A stretch of DNA of 63,735 bases, the filler included, from Octopus bimaculoides (lineage: Eukaryota): NCBI RefSeq assembly GCF_001194135.2. It is 6 parts of 5 records of this genome, joined end to end, with 100 filler letters (N's around TTAATTAATTAA, not from the genome) between each part and the next. Parts side by side here need not be neighbours in the genome. Positions count along the whole stretch, not along the records: positions 1 to 23,406 come from NC_068991.1; positions 23,507 to 40,262 come from NC_068986.1; 4 more parts are not named here. The stretch is one strand, 5' to 3'. Positions 12,080 to 24,524 of this stretch are shown here, piece after piece (position 1 is the stretch's first letter; the number at the start of each line of letters is the position of its first letter). The notes under the pieces are model-generated. The model had not been told where the DNA came from, did no database searches, and worked only from the letters and a program-made list of their open reading frames with translations. A program made the position numbers and the translations under genes.

Positions 12080-12227
12080 CATTATTATGATGATGATGAT
12101 GATTATTAAGATTACTTTTGTGCGATATCTTTTTCTCTTACTCCAAGTCATTGTGTCCTGTTGTTTTTGTTATATTTCTTAAAACATTTTTTTGAAAATC
12201 CATCAAAATACATGTTTAATTTGTTAG

Positions 12228-12343
12228 ATTACTTGAAGAGTTGGAAAAGATAAAGAAAACTGGAAGAATAGAAATGAGGGATGAAAAAGCCAACACTGAA
12301 AAGTTCTTTGCCCTGACCTACTCACCAAAGCATCGTAGCAGCA
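12228..12343 (+). CDS. FSIP1: FSIP1-like gene, exon C (phase 2 to 1)
   Basis: ttgttag acceptor, a|gtaaga donor; LLEELEKIKKTGRIEMRDEKANTEKFFALTYSPKHRSS resembles recalled FSIP1 KLWEExKS...EExENTKKFLSL. Confidence 0.85.
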
Positions 12344-12589
12344 GTAAGAATTACTTTTATTATAATAAAGTTTTACATTTTCTGAACAATAGACCTCATT
12401 TTTTTGTAGTTTTTCATGTTTTACACCATATTTTAGTTGGTTCAGACTCTATTTCTTACACTCGGATACATATTTAATGTGGTGCCCCAGCATGACCACA
12501 GCTCATGAGATGAAATGTGTTAAAGAGTATTTATAATTCCCTGGAGTTGGTCTGAACTCAGGGACTTCATTTCTAATGCAGTGTTTCAG

Positions 12590-13130
12590 TATCATCATTA
12601 TCTTTCAACAGCTGTTCTCCATACTGGCATGTGTTGGACAGATTAATAGGAGTTGGTCAGCTCGAGAGCTGCCAGGGCTCCAATTGTGTTTTGGCATGGT
12701 TTCTATGGCTGGATGCCCTTCCTAGCACAAAGTACTTTACAAAGTGTACTGAGTGATTTTATCAGCACAGGCAGTTTTATGTGACACCAGCACAGGTGCT
12801 TCTAAGTGACACTGGCACAATGCTTTTATGTGACACTGGCACAGGTGTTTTTATGTAACACCAACATGGGTGCTTTTATGTAACACTGGAACAGGTGTTT
12901 TTTATGTGACACCAGCATGGGTGATTCTATGTGGCGCTTGCACAAGTGCTTTTATGTGGTACTGGCACCCATGAGCCTGCAAGACTTGGATCTCTCTGCT
13001 GAAAGTGAGATGTTGAGAACATGCCTGTATACATGGACAGCCACAATTTTACTTAGATTGGTGTGTCTTCTCAAGTACAGCAAACCACTAGAAGTCTTGG
13101 TCCCTTGTCATTTTCTGTTAGATGTAGCAT
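12590..13130 (-). mobile_element. RTE LINE 3' UTR with ~26-bp tandem repeats
   Basis: Reverse complement of the RTE tail; about 7 units like ttttatgtgacactggcacaggtg at 12760-12970. Confidence 0.8.
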
Positions 13131-13165
13131 CTGAAGATTCTTCCTCACCACTTCATCTTACATCT

Positions 13166-13258
<93 letters not shown>

Positions 13259-13269
13259 ACTCACACACA

Positions 13270-13420
13270 GTGGTCTTCTTTTAGTTTCCATTTACTAAAT
13301 CTAAATCCACTAACAAGATATTGGTTGGCCTGTGGTAGAAGACACCCAAGTTGGCATGCAGTTGGACTGAACCCAGAACCATGTGGTTGGAAAACAAACT
13401 TCTTACCACACAGCCATGCA
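13270..13420 (-). mobile_element. SINE family A, 5' half, next to (CA)n
   Basis: gttggactgaacccagaaccatgtggttggaaaacaaacttcttaccacacagcc matches the family-A head. Confidence 0.75.
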
Positions 13421-14859
13421 TGATAGCAGTGATTTGAATATAGGATCAAAAGAGACATTAGTCATCGTCTACTGCAGTATTCTTTTGTATTCGGTGAACC
13501 AGACAGTGAAGTTAGGAAATAGCTTGTTAATTTTAAGTGGGTACCATATTTTTACCCCTTAATTAGAGAATGAAAGGCAGTATCTATGATTCTTATTTTA
13601 CCAGAGCTTTTTATAAAGGTAGGGAGGACGTTATCCTCTTAGAAAGGACCTGACCTGAATGCTTGTAATAAACTGGAGCCTGTTAAAGATCTGCAAAGAC
13701 TAGATGATGGATTGAGTTGGCCATCCAAGAACCAAGAATGCAAACAAGCTGAAATATATTCTGCAAACCACCTCATCTGCTGTTCTCACAATTCCACTAA
13801 GCGGTTGCTCTAGACTGGTATTTTATTTTATTGATCTATCCCTGAAAGAATGAAAGGCAAAGTTGACCTTGGTGAGATTTGAGTACAGAGAACCAGAATG
13901 AATACTGCAAGGGATTTCATCTAACAATTCTGCCATTTTCCTGGTGAAGGCATGGCATAATGAATCCACCAAAATCTGAAGCATACACCTTGCAGTTGTT
14001 AATCATTCATGTAGCCTATGCTCATAACCACTATGTGCATGTGTGTGTATGAATATTCACATGTATGTGTGCATGTGTGTGTGCACATGCATTCATATGT
14101 GTATATGTGTATGTATACATCTTGTTCTCTTTGCACCACTGATAACATTAGTCAGTCAGCTGTTTTACTCTACAGTATTTGGCATCTTTATGACTGTGAT
14201 TTGAACCTTTAAAACCAAAACCTAGCTGAAATTAAAGCAAAAACAATTTTTTAAAATAACCTTATCTCATTACACATGCTGGATGAACAAATTGAAGCAT
14301 GCCGGGCAAAATGCATAGTGGCATTTCGTCAATCTTTATGTTCTGAGTTCAAAATCTGTTGAGGTTAGCTTTCAGGGTTGATAAAATAAGTACAAGTTGA
14401 TCACTGGGGTAGACATAATTGTCTTACCCTGTCACCCAAAATTGCTGGCCTTGTGCTAAAATTTGAAATCAGTATTATGTGAGGCAGTGGAGGAGCTATT
14501 ATGTGGTCACTTGAGTTCCTACAATTAGCATTTAGTTTTTTTGTAAACCATACAATATCATCTTAAAAAAGTATTAGTATTTCATAATGTGGTCCATTGT
14601 ACACACATTGTCAGTTTCTTTTCGCCATTTTCATGTCCATTTTCCAATCTGGCATGAATTGGACATTTGAACAGGATCAAACAAATCAAAGGACCACAAC
14701 TTGCTCCAGTGTCTCAAAACTATCTCTGCAAAGGAAAACATAAAAAAAAGATGCCTTCATAATTGAATGTCTTTCATTACAGTTTTGGTAAATTCAAGAT
14801 AAACATGGAACTAAACAGCAATAAACAACAAATGAAAGGTACTTTTGATAATGTAGTCC

Positions 14860-15280
14860 TGTGTAAAGAAGTGCTGATCCCTAACTGTAGAGGGAACCTG
14901 TGGAAGAAGTGGACCCAGGAAGACGTGGGATGGGGTGGTGAAGTATGATCTTCAGATGTTTAGTCTCATGGAGATGATGACAAGAAACCAAGACCTTTGG
15001 CGATTTGCTATACTTGAGAAGACACATCAAGCTAAGTGAAATCGTTGTCATGGCCAGTGCCAATGACATATAAAAGGCATCCATGTCAGTGACAGGTAAA
15101 AAGCACCCCTGCTGGAGAAACATAGAAGGCATCTGGTACACTCTGTATAGTGGTTGGCATTTGGAAGTGTATCTAGCCATAGAAACCAGGCTGACCAGTC
15201 CCAGTCAGACCGGCTAACCCATGCCAGCTTGGAAAATAGATACTAAATGAGGATGATGTTGATGATGATGATGATGATGA
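14860..15280 (+). mobile_element. RTE LINE 3' end
   Basis: ctaactgtagagggaacctgtggaagaagtggacccaggaagacgtggg (end of ORF2), then a UTR ending in (gat)n. Confidence 0.8.
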
Positions 15281-15430
15281 GACACTGTTTGAAAGGAAGA
15301 TAGGAGAGCCATACCTGTTATGCCTTTGGTGATATGTCTACCCAATCAAAGCTGACCTTTAGGACTGAAAACTATCAACAACTTAACATCAAACCCTGTT
15401 TCTTTTTTCTTTTTGTGTTACCTGCACTAA

Positions 15431-15803
15431 GTGGAGGCGCAATGGCCCAGTGGTTAGGGCAACGGACTCACGGTCATAGGATCGCGGTTTCGATTCCCAG
15501 ACCGGGCGTTGTGAGTGTTTATTGAGCGAAAACACCTAAAGCTCCACGAGGCTCCGGCAGGGGATGGTGGTGAACCCTGCTGTACTCTTTCACCACAGCT
15601 TTCTCTCACTCTTACTTCCTGTTTCTGTTGTGCCTGTATTTCAAAGGGTCAGCCTTGTCACGCTGAATATCCCTGAGAACTATGTTACGGGTACATGTGT
15701 CTATGGAGTGTTCAGCCACTTGCACGTTAATTTCACGAGCAGGCTGTTCCATTGATCAGATCAACTGGAACCCTCGACGTCGTAAGCGACAGAGTGCCAA
15801 CAC
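15431..15803 (+). mobile_element. tRNA-derived SINE family C (tRNA-Arg-like head), complete, with 11-bp TSD
   Basis: Head ggcgcaatggcccagtggttagggc...ggtttcgattcc (A/B boxes); direct repeat acctgcactaa at 15420-15430 and 15804-15814. Confidence 0.88.
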
Positions 15804-15939
15804 ACCTGCACTAATTTTTTTGTGTTTAACTTTTGAGTTTAGTCAAACTAAATCCCAATTACATAACAACTGTATTGTCATAAATGACAACAAGTGGATT
15901 GAATACACATAGTTAACATTATTATAATTCTATTTACAG

Positions 15940-16047
15940 AGAAAGATGACACTACAGATAGTATTTTTGCATATTCGCCTTTCTTCAAAACTGAACAACT
16001 AAAATCAGAAGATGATACCGAAAGTGATTCTTCTCGATCAATGTCAA
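15940..16047 (+). CDS. FSIP1: FSIP1-like gene, exon D (phase 1 to 1)
   Basis: tatttacag acceptor, a|gtgagt donor; only one open frame, KDDTTDSIFAYSPFFKTEQLKSEDDTESDSSRSMS (compare FSIP1 FxxVFHTQ); phases fit both neighbours. Confidence 0.82.
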
Positions 16048-16845
16048 GTGAGTTGTTGTCCTTTCTTTATGCTTCTTCCTTAGTTGATAGCACAGTGGCT
16101 GTGACACTAGAAAACCAGTCAAGAAGTTGCAAGGTCTTGTCTCAACATCAGAAATGTACTGTATCTATGACAGAAATGTCTTAACTTAAAATGGCCCAAA
16201 CCATCTCATTATAACTGAGAAGACACATCAAGCTGAGTCACATCAAGCTAAGCCAACAAATATCTCATTATGCTATGAGATATTTGTTGGCTTTTGACTG
16301 TGACATACTGGGAGCCTATCCAGCTGGTGATTTGTTTCTTATCCCTATATTGGCAAAAAAACTAGAGGTAAGCTCTGGCTTAGACAGCTGCAAAGAACAG
16401 ATGGGAATTTCTAATAAAAATCTAGTCAAACCACTGTTACATTGTGGCTCTCTGATATTTTACTTTGCTTTTACGTAATCTGATTCATCTTGAACATTGT
16501 TGCTGATCTTTCATCAAATGCAGTGTGTAGGATCAATTTCATCTGTTATTTCATTAATTTCATCATCATCATCATCATCGTCATCATCATCATCATTATT
16601 GTTGTTGTTGTTGTCATTGTCATCCTCATCATCATTATCAGTCACCATAATCACCATCATTTTCAACATTATTGTTATGATCATATAGATCATCATAGTC
16701 TTCACCCAGTCTTTTATTAGCATAAAAATTACGGCTGTCTGCATGACTTGGTCTTCCTTGTCATAACCATTTTCATCATGATCATCATCAACATCAATAT
16801 TGCGTTCATATATTAACTACCTATTGTATGTTGTAATTATTGTAG

Positions 16846-17813
16846 CTATGGTGAATGAGTATACTGAAAAGAAAACTCAGGATCTCATATTGGACGATGA
16901 AGCCCATTTTCTTGAAGACATCGGGTACAGTAGTGAGAATGTCAAAGACAAAATTCTCCAAAGTGAACTATCCTCTGCTGATATTGTTAAGGATACAAAC
17001 TCAGTCAAAGACATTATTAATGAAATTTCAAACGAAGGCCTCAAGGATGAAACCACTGACAAAAAGTCTTTGAATCAAGAAGTTAGTGATATGATGTCAG
17101 ACCCAGTGTCATCCTATGATTTCAAGTTAGTTCAAGTTACCAATGATAATTCCCTGAGCTCAACACCGACTAATGTGAATCCTGACCAAATGAGACTCAG
17201 TGTTGCTGGCTCAAACCAAAATATCAGCTGTGAGCCTCTAACTCAGGTACCCAGTGATGTGGTCTTAGACCAAGTGGTGCTCAGTGGTACAGGCTCAAGC
17301 CAAAATATCAATATTGAATCTCCAAATAAAGTCCCCAGTGATGTGGTCTTAGACCAAGTGGTGCTCAGTAATAAAGGCTCAAGTCAAAGTATCAGTATTG
17401 AGTCTCCACATCAAGCACCCAGTGATGCAGTGTTGGACCAAGTGGAACTCAGTAATACATACTCAAACCAAAATATCAGTAGTGAGTCTCCAGCTCAAGC
17501 ACCTAGTGGTGTGGACTCAGATCAAGTGGGTCTCATTAGTGAAGATTTGAGCCAATATATCAACAATAAGTCACTCAATCAATCACCCAGTGAACTAATA
17601 GAACTCAGTGGGACAGACACAAGTCAGGCATTGAAGGAAGTAGTCTCAAGTGAAATACGACTGTCATTTAGTAATGAGTCTCTCCATCAATTAGAACTCA
17701 ATGAAATGCCATTTAGTCTGGTGCAAATCAAGGAGACAGCCTCAAGTCAGGATGAAGAACATAGTCAGATGAAGAAGAAAACCAAAAAGAACTTTATTAA
17801 AAGAAACATTCAG
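16846..17813 (+). CDS. FSIP1: FSIP1-like gene, exon E (968 bp, phase 1 to 0), acidic Ser-rich with 28-aa repeats
   Basis: attgtag acceptor, cag|gtagat donor; uninterrupted frame ending KKNFIKRNIQ, which joins LAKD of exon F to give NFIKRNIQLAK (FSIP1 DFIKRNIELAK). Confidence 0.85.
17208..17640 (+). repeat. Coding 84-bp (28-aa) tandem repeat, about 5 units
   Basis: Unit starts at 17208, 17292, 17376, 17460 and 17544 (exact 84-bp period); consensus about SxQNISxESPxQVPSDVVLDQVxLSxxG. Confidence 0.92.
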
Positions 17814-19246
17814 GTAGATAATTTTATTAGATTGCATTGCTGCTGCTATTGTTGTTTAGCTTCAAGTGAATCCTATTTGTACAGGTCTATGTTGAAAACT
17901 GTTTAAGCCATAACCATTCTCTGTGATGTATCCTTCATTTTCAAAGCAGCAGCAGGTGAATTTTGAAGAAAGTTGGCTGCTCTCTTTAGCCTGTAGAGGT
18001 TCTGGAATGGAGAAACCTTTGACTACTGTAAACTTTTTAGTTTTGTTTTCTTTGTATTTTAATTTCACTTCACACTGGTTGTGATTTTGTTCCCTCCCCA
18101 ATCATCACAACTACAAGTACCAGACATCTATTGATGTTTGAGTCATTTAATTAATCTATACCACACAAATTTGTGATCTTCCACCAAATGTATTCATGCA
18201 TATACATACATACATACATGGTGATTGCTCTCTCTCTTTACAGATGACTGCCATCTCTTTCTACCTTCTATCAATGACATTTCTGACTCTCCATCCATGA
18301 TCTCTCAGATAACTATTCAGTCCTGTTGTAGATATGCACGGTTTGAAGCATAGGTGACAGACAAAAGATGTTACTTACTGTGTGATTTCTTCTGGTTAGG
18401 TCTGATCACATTTCCACTCTTCTATCTCCATAGGACTTTCAGTAGATTGCATAACAAATGAGGTCACCGTAAAGAGACATCTATACATCATGGGATTATT
18501 GTAGTAAATGCTTGAACAAAACAAATACTACTTTCTGAGTCTCTATGATTAGTACCTAGAGACAGGTCAGAGCAAGATGACAAGTAATTATATTAAACTG
18601 CAGGTTTTACATCAGAGTGTCTCTCTCGTAGAAGGATGATGTGACTCCAGCTAGGGCTCCTTCCCTCCCAGTGGTTTTACTGCATACCTTGACACCAACT
18701 AAAGGTATTTCTGCATCCTTGCACTCTGGTGGAATGTCATCACACATGCTTGTTAGCTCTTTGTTGTTGTTGTTGTTGTTGTTGAGGTAGTGAATGTCAT
18801 ACATCATGATTTTTTAATTTATTCAAAATACTTTCTGTCCAGAGAAATACCATATTGTAACCAAACTAACTGATACTTTATAGAAAAAGTCAGAGCTAAT
18901 ATCAAAATGCTGTCACAGCTATCAAAATATTAGTTTCTTGTAAAGGGAATAAAACCGCTTTTAAAAGTAACACATATATTCACTTGAATCTTCTCAGTTT
19001 ATTACTTCTTATTTTATTGACCTCAGAAGAATAAAAAATACAGAGGACTCTTATGGGATTTGAGCCCCGAACCAAGAAGTGCTGAAAGGAAATGCAGCCA
19101 TTCAGAGCTTTATTGTTTTGGTCAACTATATGATCTTTATAGGGACCAAGTATTCAACAATACAGTTTCTTTTTGTTTCATCTTCCTTTTATTTTATTTT
19201 TTTTACATTCTTAGTTTTAATTGTATTTATTTCTGTTTGATTTCAG

Positions 19247-19357
19247 TTGGCTAAAGATGCTGATAGTGTAGTTTCTATGACACCTGAAGAGAAAAACAGA
19301 ATTGAGAATTTGCTTCAAGACTTGGATACATTGTATGAAACTCCTAAAGAAATACAG
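19247..19357 (+). CDS. FSIP1: FSIP1-like gene, exon F (phase 0 to 0)
   Basis: tttcag acceptor, cag|gtgaga donor; LAKDADSVVSMTPEEKNRIENLLQDLDTLYETPKEIQ resembles FSIP1 LAKESxNPVVMxDxEKKRLxELLKDLD. Confidence 0.9.
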
Positions 19358-19419
19358 GTGAGACAACTTTTGAGATTTTTGAGATAGATATGATAATGAT
19401 AATTTGACTTATATTTTTA

Positions 19420-19770
19420 CATTGTGCATTGGACTTCATGGAGGAAAAGTGGCTGAGTTCCTTTTGGGTGTTGGGCTTCACAAAGGCAATGACCAAGACC
19501 TTTGGCATTATGTCATGCTTGATAAGAAAACCCATCAAGCCAAGCAAAATCACAGTCATGGTAGATACCAGTGTCATGCAAATGCTGGTGGCACATAAAA
19601 GCCCCCGTTACACTCTTGGTGTAGTTGGCATTAGGAAGGGCATGCAGCCATAGAAAACCATGCCAAATCAGACTGGAGTTTTGGTGCAGCCTTTCAGCTT
19701 ATCAACCCTGGTCAAACTGTCCAATTCATGCCAGTATGGACAATGGATGTTAAATGTTGATGATGATAAT
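19420..19770 (+). mobile_element. RTE LINE 3' UTR
   Basis: gaccaagacctttggcattatgtcatgcttgataagaaaacccatcaagcc...ggcattaggaagggcatgcagcc...(gat)n. Confidence 0.8.
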
Positions 19771-21562
19771 GATTTTATCAGAGGAAGTATGTATGAGAAA
19801 TATTACATGACAGTATTGTTGTTATTTTGATGGTAGTGGTGTAGTGGTGGCGGTGGTGTGGTGGTGGTGGTGGTAGTGGCTGTTGTTTTTCTGCAGGTAC
19901 TTAATAACTCCATGATGCCAAATTTTGTTGATTTTCAAGAGAAGTCCCTACTAGTTACATTTGAAGTCTTCTTTGAATAGTCAGATGTCAGTTTTCTTGG
20001 AATGAAATAATGCTGTTATTAATAAAGAAAGTTGAAATTAATGCACGCAAGATTTCACAGCTCTAGCATAACCCCTTCATAGCTTTGAACTTTTCAGCCC
20101 ACCCTCATATCAACACTATATCTAAACATATGTCTATATCTCTATCTGTCATATATATATCTAAAATAGATATATGTATGACAGCCAAGATAAAACTGAA
20201 AGCTTGTATTTTTCTGAATGGAGTAAAAAAATCAAAGAGTAGGGAACTACAAATAACTTGGAAGTCATATCTCCAAATCTAAGAGCGATATAGAAATCAG
20301 GATTAGTAAAGTGTGGAGGGTGCTTAACTGTAAGGATGATATGGAAATCTAATTTTCCATGGAGCACTAAAATAGACTTCAGGTTTTCATTTGAATAAAT
20401 TTTAGTTCATAGTTCAATCACATGGTCACTAACAGCTTCCATGATGAAACCTTTAAAGGATTCACACACTAGCACACTCCATGCTGTTCTAAATATCTAA
20501 TGATGTTGACACATGTCTAACAAAGAGCTATACCAAGATGTTCCATTTATCACAAACAAAGTATTGGTCACTGCTGGTGAAGGAAGAACAATATCAGAAG
20601 GTGCTTGGTGTATTATCCAAGAGATAATGCCAGAGACAATACAGAGGAATGGAAAATGCATATCAGTAATGCAGAGAAATTCTCAGCACACTAATTAACT
20701 AACTAATTAACTAAGTAATTAACTAACTAACTAACTAATTATATATAATCCATCTGGCATATATAAATAGTTTAAAGAATTAGTAGTTAACTCTAGAGGT
20801 GACTAACTTGAATAACAAAATCTTCAAAGCATTGATAAAGTTCTGCATACAATTAAGTGTTTGGATCACTATCAAAAGACTTCCTCTTCAATGAGGAATT
20901 CAAAAGAAGATACAAAAGAGTGATTTGCTGTCACTTTTTCTAGATTCAAAAAAAAATTTAGGTCTCTTGAGTTTATGGAACACTCATTAATTTCACAGAA
21001 ATTTGATTCTACTGTTTACAATGGTAAATTGTATCTTCACATGGTACCACTTTATGTGAAGTGCATCAAGTATGCAGTGTAGTCACCAATTACCCAATGA
21101 GTTGACACCCACTGTTTACAATGGTAAACTATATCTTTACATACATGTTACTGCTTCACTGTAACATGAACTGGGTGATTAAGAGGTAAATTTCTCTTCT
21201 AAGAGATCAGTACTTTACTGGTATATGAACAAGCTTCAGTTTGTATGCTCAATGCTGTCTGAAAGCATGGGTACACTGGGCAGCTGTGTTGGGTTCTCAC
21301 AGGTCTGCGAGCCCAATAATAATTGGTGTCATTGTGTATGTTGAGATTCTGGTGCATTGCTTTGCAAAAGGGTCTGTAATATTGTTAATATGGTACTATG
21401 TATACTGACAACTGCTTTATCTAACCAAACAAAAGCAATAAAATATTTCTGAAAATATAAATTGAAAGAAAACAAAACTACTTTATTTAGTGATATATTT
21501 TCAATTTTTTTCTTCATTATTTTTCCCTTCTTTCTTTTATTATTATTATTTTTTTTTTATAG

Positions 21563-21733
21563 ATTTCTGATTTGGCAACTAAGGATTCCTTATCATCTCA
21601 AAGAGAAGATGGATTCTTGAGCAGCCTGGAAGATAAAACCAGTCTTGCTGAAATAGATTACAAACTGAGATATTTGATGACACCATCAGAATTTGAAATG
21701 ATTGCTTTGAAACATCGATCACCAACTCCCACT
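21563..21733 (+). CDS. FSIP1: FSIP1-like gene, exon G (phase 0 to 0)
   Basis: poly-T + atag acceptor, act|gttaag donor; ...EDGFLSSLEDKTSLAEIDYKLRYLMTPSEFE... contains the FSIP1-like LAEIDxKL motif. Confidence 0.87.
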
Positions 21734-22453
21734 GTTAAGTATTGCTTGGAGTACATTTTTTTATTGTTTCATGTTCAGTTTGAACATCTGTTAGTCTATG
21801 GTTGCTAGTAGAGCATAAGTAGGCAGGGAACTACAAAGAGTTGACATTCAGTGGGTATGGTGGGTTAAGATAGTAATTACTGGAGCTTGGGTGAGAATAA
21901 GATGAAAATGAATATGTTTGATGAATTTGGGTCAAGGTGGTATGCTACTGAGCTAATTCTGAGAAGTAGAGATTATTGTAGTAGTGGTAGAAAACTTAGA
22001 ATGACAGGAGACAATATATCTATGGGCTAGAGGTTTCATATTTACATGTTTTCCAAAATTATATACAAAGTTCTAAAAAGTTTATTTGGAACATTTTCTG
22101 TATTAAAAGAGTATTAAAACCAATATTTAATGTATTTAAAAGTTGTTGGTGATTATTCCTTCAGCATCACAATATATTCACATTCACATTGTGATGATAG
22201 AGGAACATGTCTAATTATCGATAGAAGTTTTGTTAACTTTTCACTTGATATTAGATCTTTGAGTGGGTTTAGAAAAAGCAATGATAAAACCATCTCAATG
22301 TATAGTTTGTCATATAATACAAAAAACAACAGCCATAGCTTTAAAATGATTGATTCAAATGAATTTCAATATACTTGGGTAGATTTATGATATTTAATTA
22401 TATGAACTGATGCAAATTTATATTAATTCGTTAAAATTTTGTTGTCACAACAG

Positions 22454-22621
22454 CAACGCATATTTAGCACTGTCTCACCACCATCTGATACTTTTGGACT
22501 GAAACAATTTGGTGAGAAAATTTTATTGGATTCAAAAGAAGAAAGAAATATGAAAGAAAGGATGAAGAAAATCGATGAACAATTGTATGACATCAACACT
22601 AGAAATTTTGACTATTCAGAT
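22454..22621 (+). CDS. FSIP1: FSIP1-like gene, exon H (phase 0 to 0)
   Basis: acaacag acceptor, gat|gtaaga donor; FGEKILLDSKEERNMKERMKKIDEQL resembles FSIP1 PGEKILRNTKEQRDxxNRLREIDEKL. Confidence 0.87.
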
Positions 22622-23046
22622 GTAAGAGAACATTTTTACATATTGACTTCTTTGATCTCTACTCTTGACTGATTCAAGACTCCAACTTCCACCTCAGTTA
22701 TAAAAATAATAATAATAATGCTTTTAGATTTCAGCACAAGGCCAGCAATCTTAAAGGATGGGGCAAGTTGATGACATTGACCCCCAGTTCTTGACTTTAT
22801 TCTATTGATCTCATGAGGATGAAAAGCAAAATTGGCCATCGTGGTATTTCAAATCAGAACACAAAGGGTCAAAAAATTGCTACTAAGCATTATGTCCGAC
22901 ATGCTAATGATTCCATTAGCTCATTACCTTAATAATAATAATAATGGTTTCATATTTTTTTGCACAAGGCCAGCAAATTTGAGGACGACGTTAAGTGGAT
23001 TACATCGACCTGTTTACAACGGGCACTTATTTCATCAACCCTATGT

Positions 23047-23215
23047 GTGTGTGTATGACATGGCTGTGTGGTAAGAAGCTTGCTTTCCAACCACATGGTT
23101 CCCATTTCAGTCCCACTGTGTGGCACCTTTGGCAAGTATCTTCTACTATAATCCCAGGTTGGCTAAAACCTTATGAATAGATCTGGTAGATGGAAACAGA
23201 ATGAATCCTGTCATA
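23047..23215 (+). mobile_element. SINE family A, 5' half
   Basis: atggctgtgtggtaagaagcttgctttccaaccacatggttcccatttcagtcccactgtgtggcacc head. Confidence 0.8.
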
Positions 23216-23366
23216 TATCTATCTGTCTGTCTATCTTTCTATCTATCTGTCTGTCTGTCTGTCTATCTGTCTGTCTATCTATCTCTATATATAATCTGAA
23301 TAAGAAGACAAAGAAATTCGTTAACACACCTTTGCAATTGTTTCTGTACCATCTCTGCTTTGAACG

Positions 23367-23406
<40 letters not shown>

Positions 23407-23450
23407 NNNNNNNNNNNNNNNNNNNNNNNNNNNNNNNNNNNNNNNNNNNN

Positions 23451-23462
23451 TTAATTAATTAA
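23451..23462. other. Artificial scaffold linker TTAATTAATTAA inside a 100-bp gap
   Basis: 44 N + 12 bp + 44 N; the same 12-mer sits in gaps at 40307-40318, 52327-52338, 56413-56424 and 61289-61300; it gives stops in all six frames. Confidence 0.95.
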
Positions 23463-23506
23463 NNNNNNNNNNNNNNNNNNNNNNNNNNNNNNNNNNNNNN
23501 NNNNNN

Positions 23507-23561
<55 letters not shown>

Positions 23562-23655
23562 ACATACATACATATGGATATACACATGTATGTACGAGAC
23601 TATTTAAAAATATATATTAAATAAAATCTTTGAGATCACTTTTTATTTTACATAG

Positions 23656-23859
23656 ATGATACAAATAAATAACAAAGATATTTCTATTGACAGGACTGAT
23701 TTGTGTCATGTTAAGTATTGTTTTGTTTTTGTTCTCATTTGCTTAGATTTTTTTTTTAAATAAAGTGATATTGATTGATTTTTCATCAGAAAACAACCCT
23801 CTTGGCTAAATTTTCTGATGAATTCAATGGAAAACAAAAACAAAAAAAGAAGAAAGTAA
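23656..23859 (+). CDS. Candidate terminal exons of the FSIP1-like gene (23656-23714 and 23790-23859)
   Basis: tttacatag acceptor in phase 0, aa|gtattg donor, 75-bp intron, catcag acceptor; MIQINNKDISIDRTDLCHVKKQPSWLNFLMNSMENKNKKRRK-stop. No recognised homology, and it lies beyond an artificial linker. Confidence 0.25.
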
Positions 23860-24524
23860 CAAAATGAATACAATGAACTACAATGTATATAAATTTAAAA
23901 GAAGCAGTAATGAAAAATATAAGAAGTATAATGATCCACAAAATGTTTAATTTGATGGTAATGTATCTTCATATATTAGAAATAAAAACTAAAAACAATT
24001 TAGAAAAAATATAATGAAAAAATGAAGGACTTTTGAAAATGTATTAAATAATCTTTAAAAAAAGAAATAAAATGAAAAGATTTTTGATTTGTCAACAGTT
24101 AATTAAAAAAAGATTTACATCTTGGTATGTTATTGGAGAAAGGTGAAACAGAAAACCTTGTCTACAGGATTTGTAAGAAAATGCTTTGAATTTGTTCAAC
24201 ATCACTCTTTGTTTCATATAACATGGAGAACTGTGAATTCCACTACATGGCTATGGTATGTGTACATGAAATACAGGGTTAGTGTTGAAAGATATAATTC
24301 TGGTTAGGTTACATAAACAAAATGAGACGTAACATTGTTTTGAAGCTAGAAAGAAGTTTGATGCCACATGGGTATTTATTTCTTTCACTGTTTCCATTTT
24401 GTGTTTGGCATTTGATCATGGGTTTTATCCATTTTCTTCTGACTATTTTTGTTTGTGAGGATTCAATCCAGGTGCTCCAAGTAGTCAAACAGCTACCTTG
24501 TAAATTCCAGGCCCATTATTCATA

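Noticed and set aside
15431-15510. tRNA gene
   Set aside because: The tRNA-like head has no proper acceptor stem, continues into a SINE body and is bounded by a TSD. The same applies to the other SINE heads.
16800-16845. Hydrophobic N-terminus of the 368-aa ORF, read as a signal peptide of a single-exon secreted protein
   Set aside because: It starts at TTG and is better explained as intron sequence upstream of the acceptor at 16845. The ORF tail after 17813 is also intronic.
18607-18807. 66-aa minus ORF MMYDIHYLNNNN...MCDDIPPECK nested in an intron
   Set aside because: Short, partly microsatellite-derived, with no motif or splice support.
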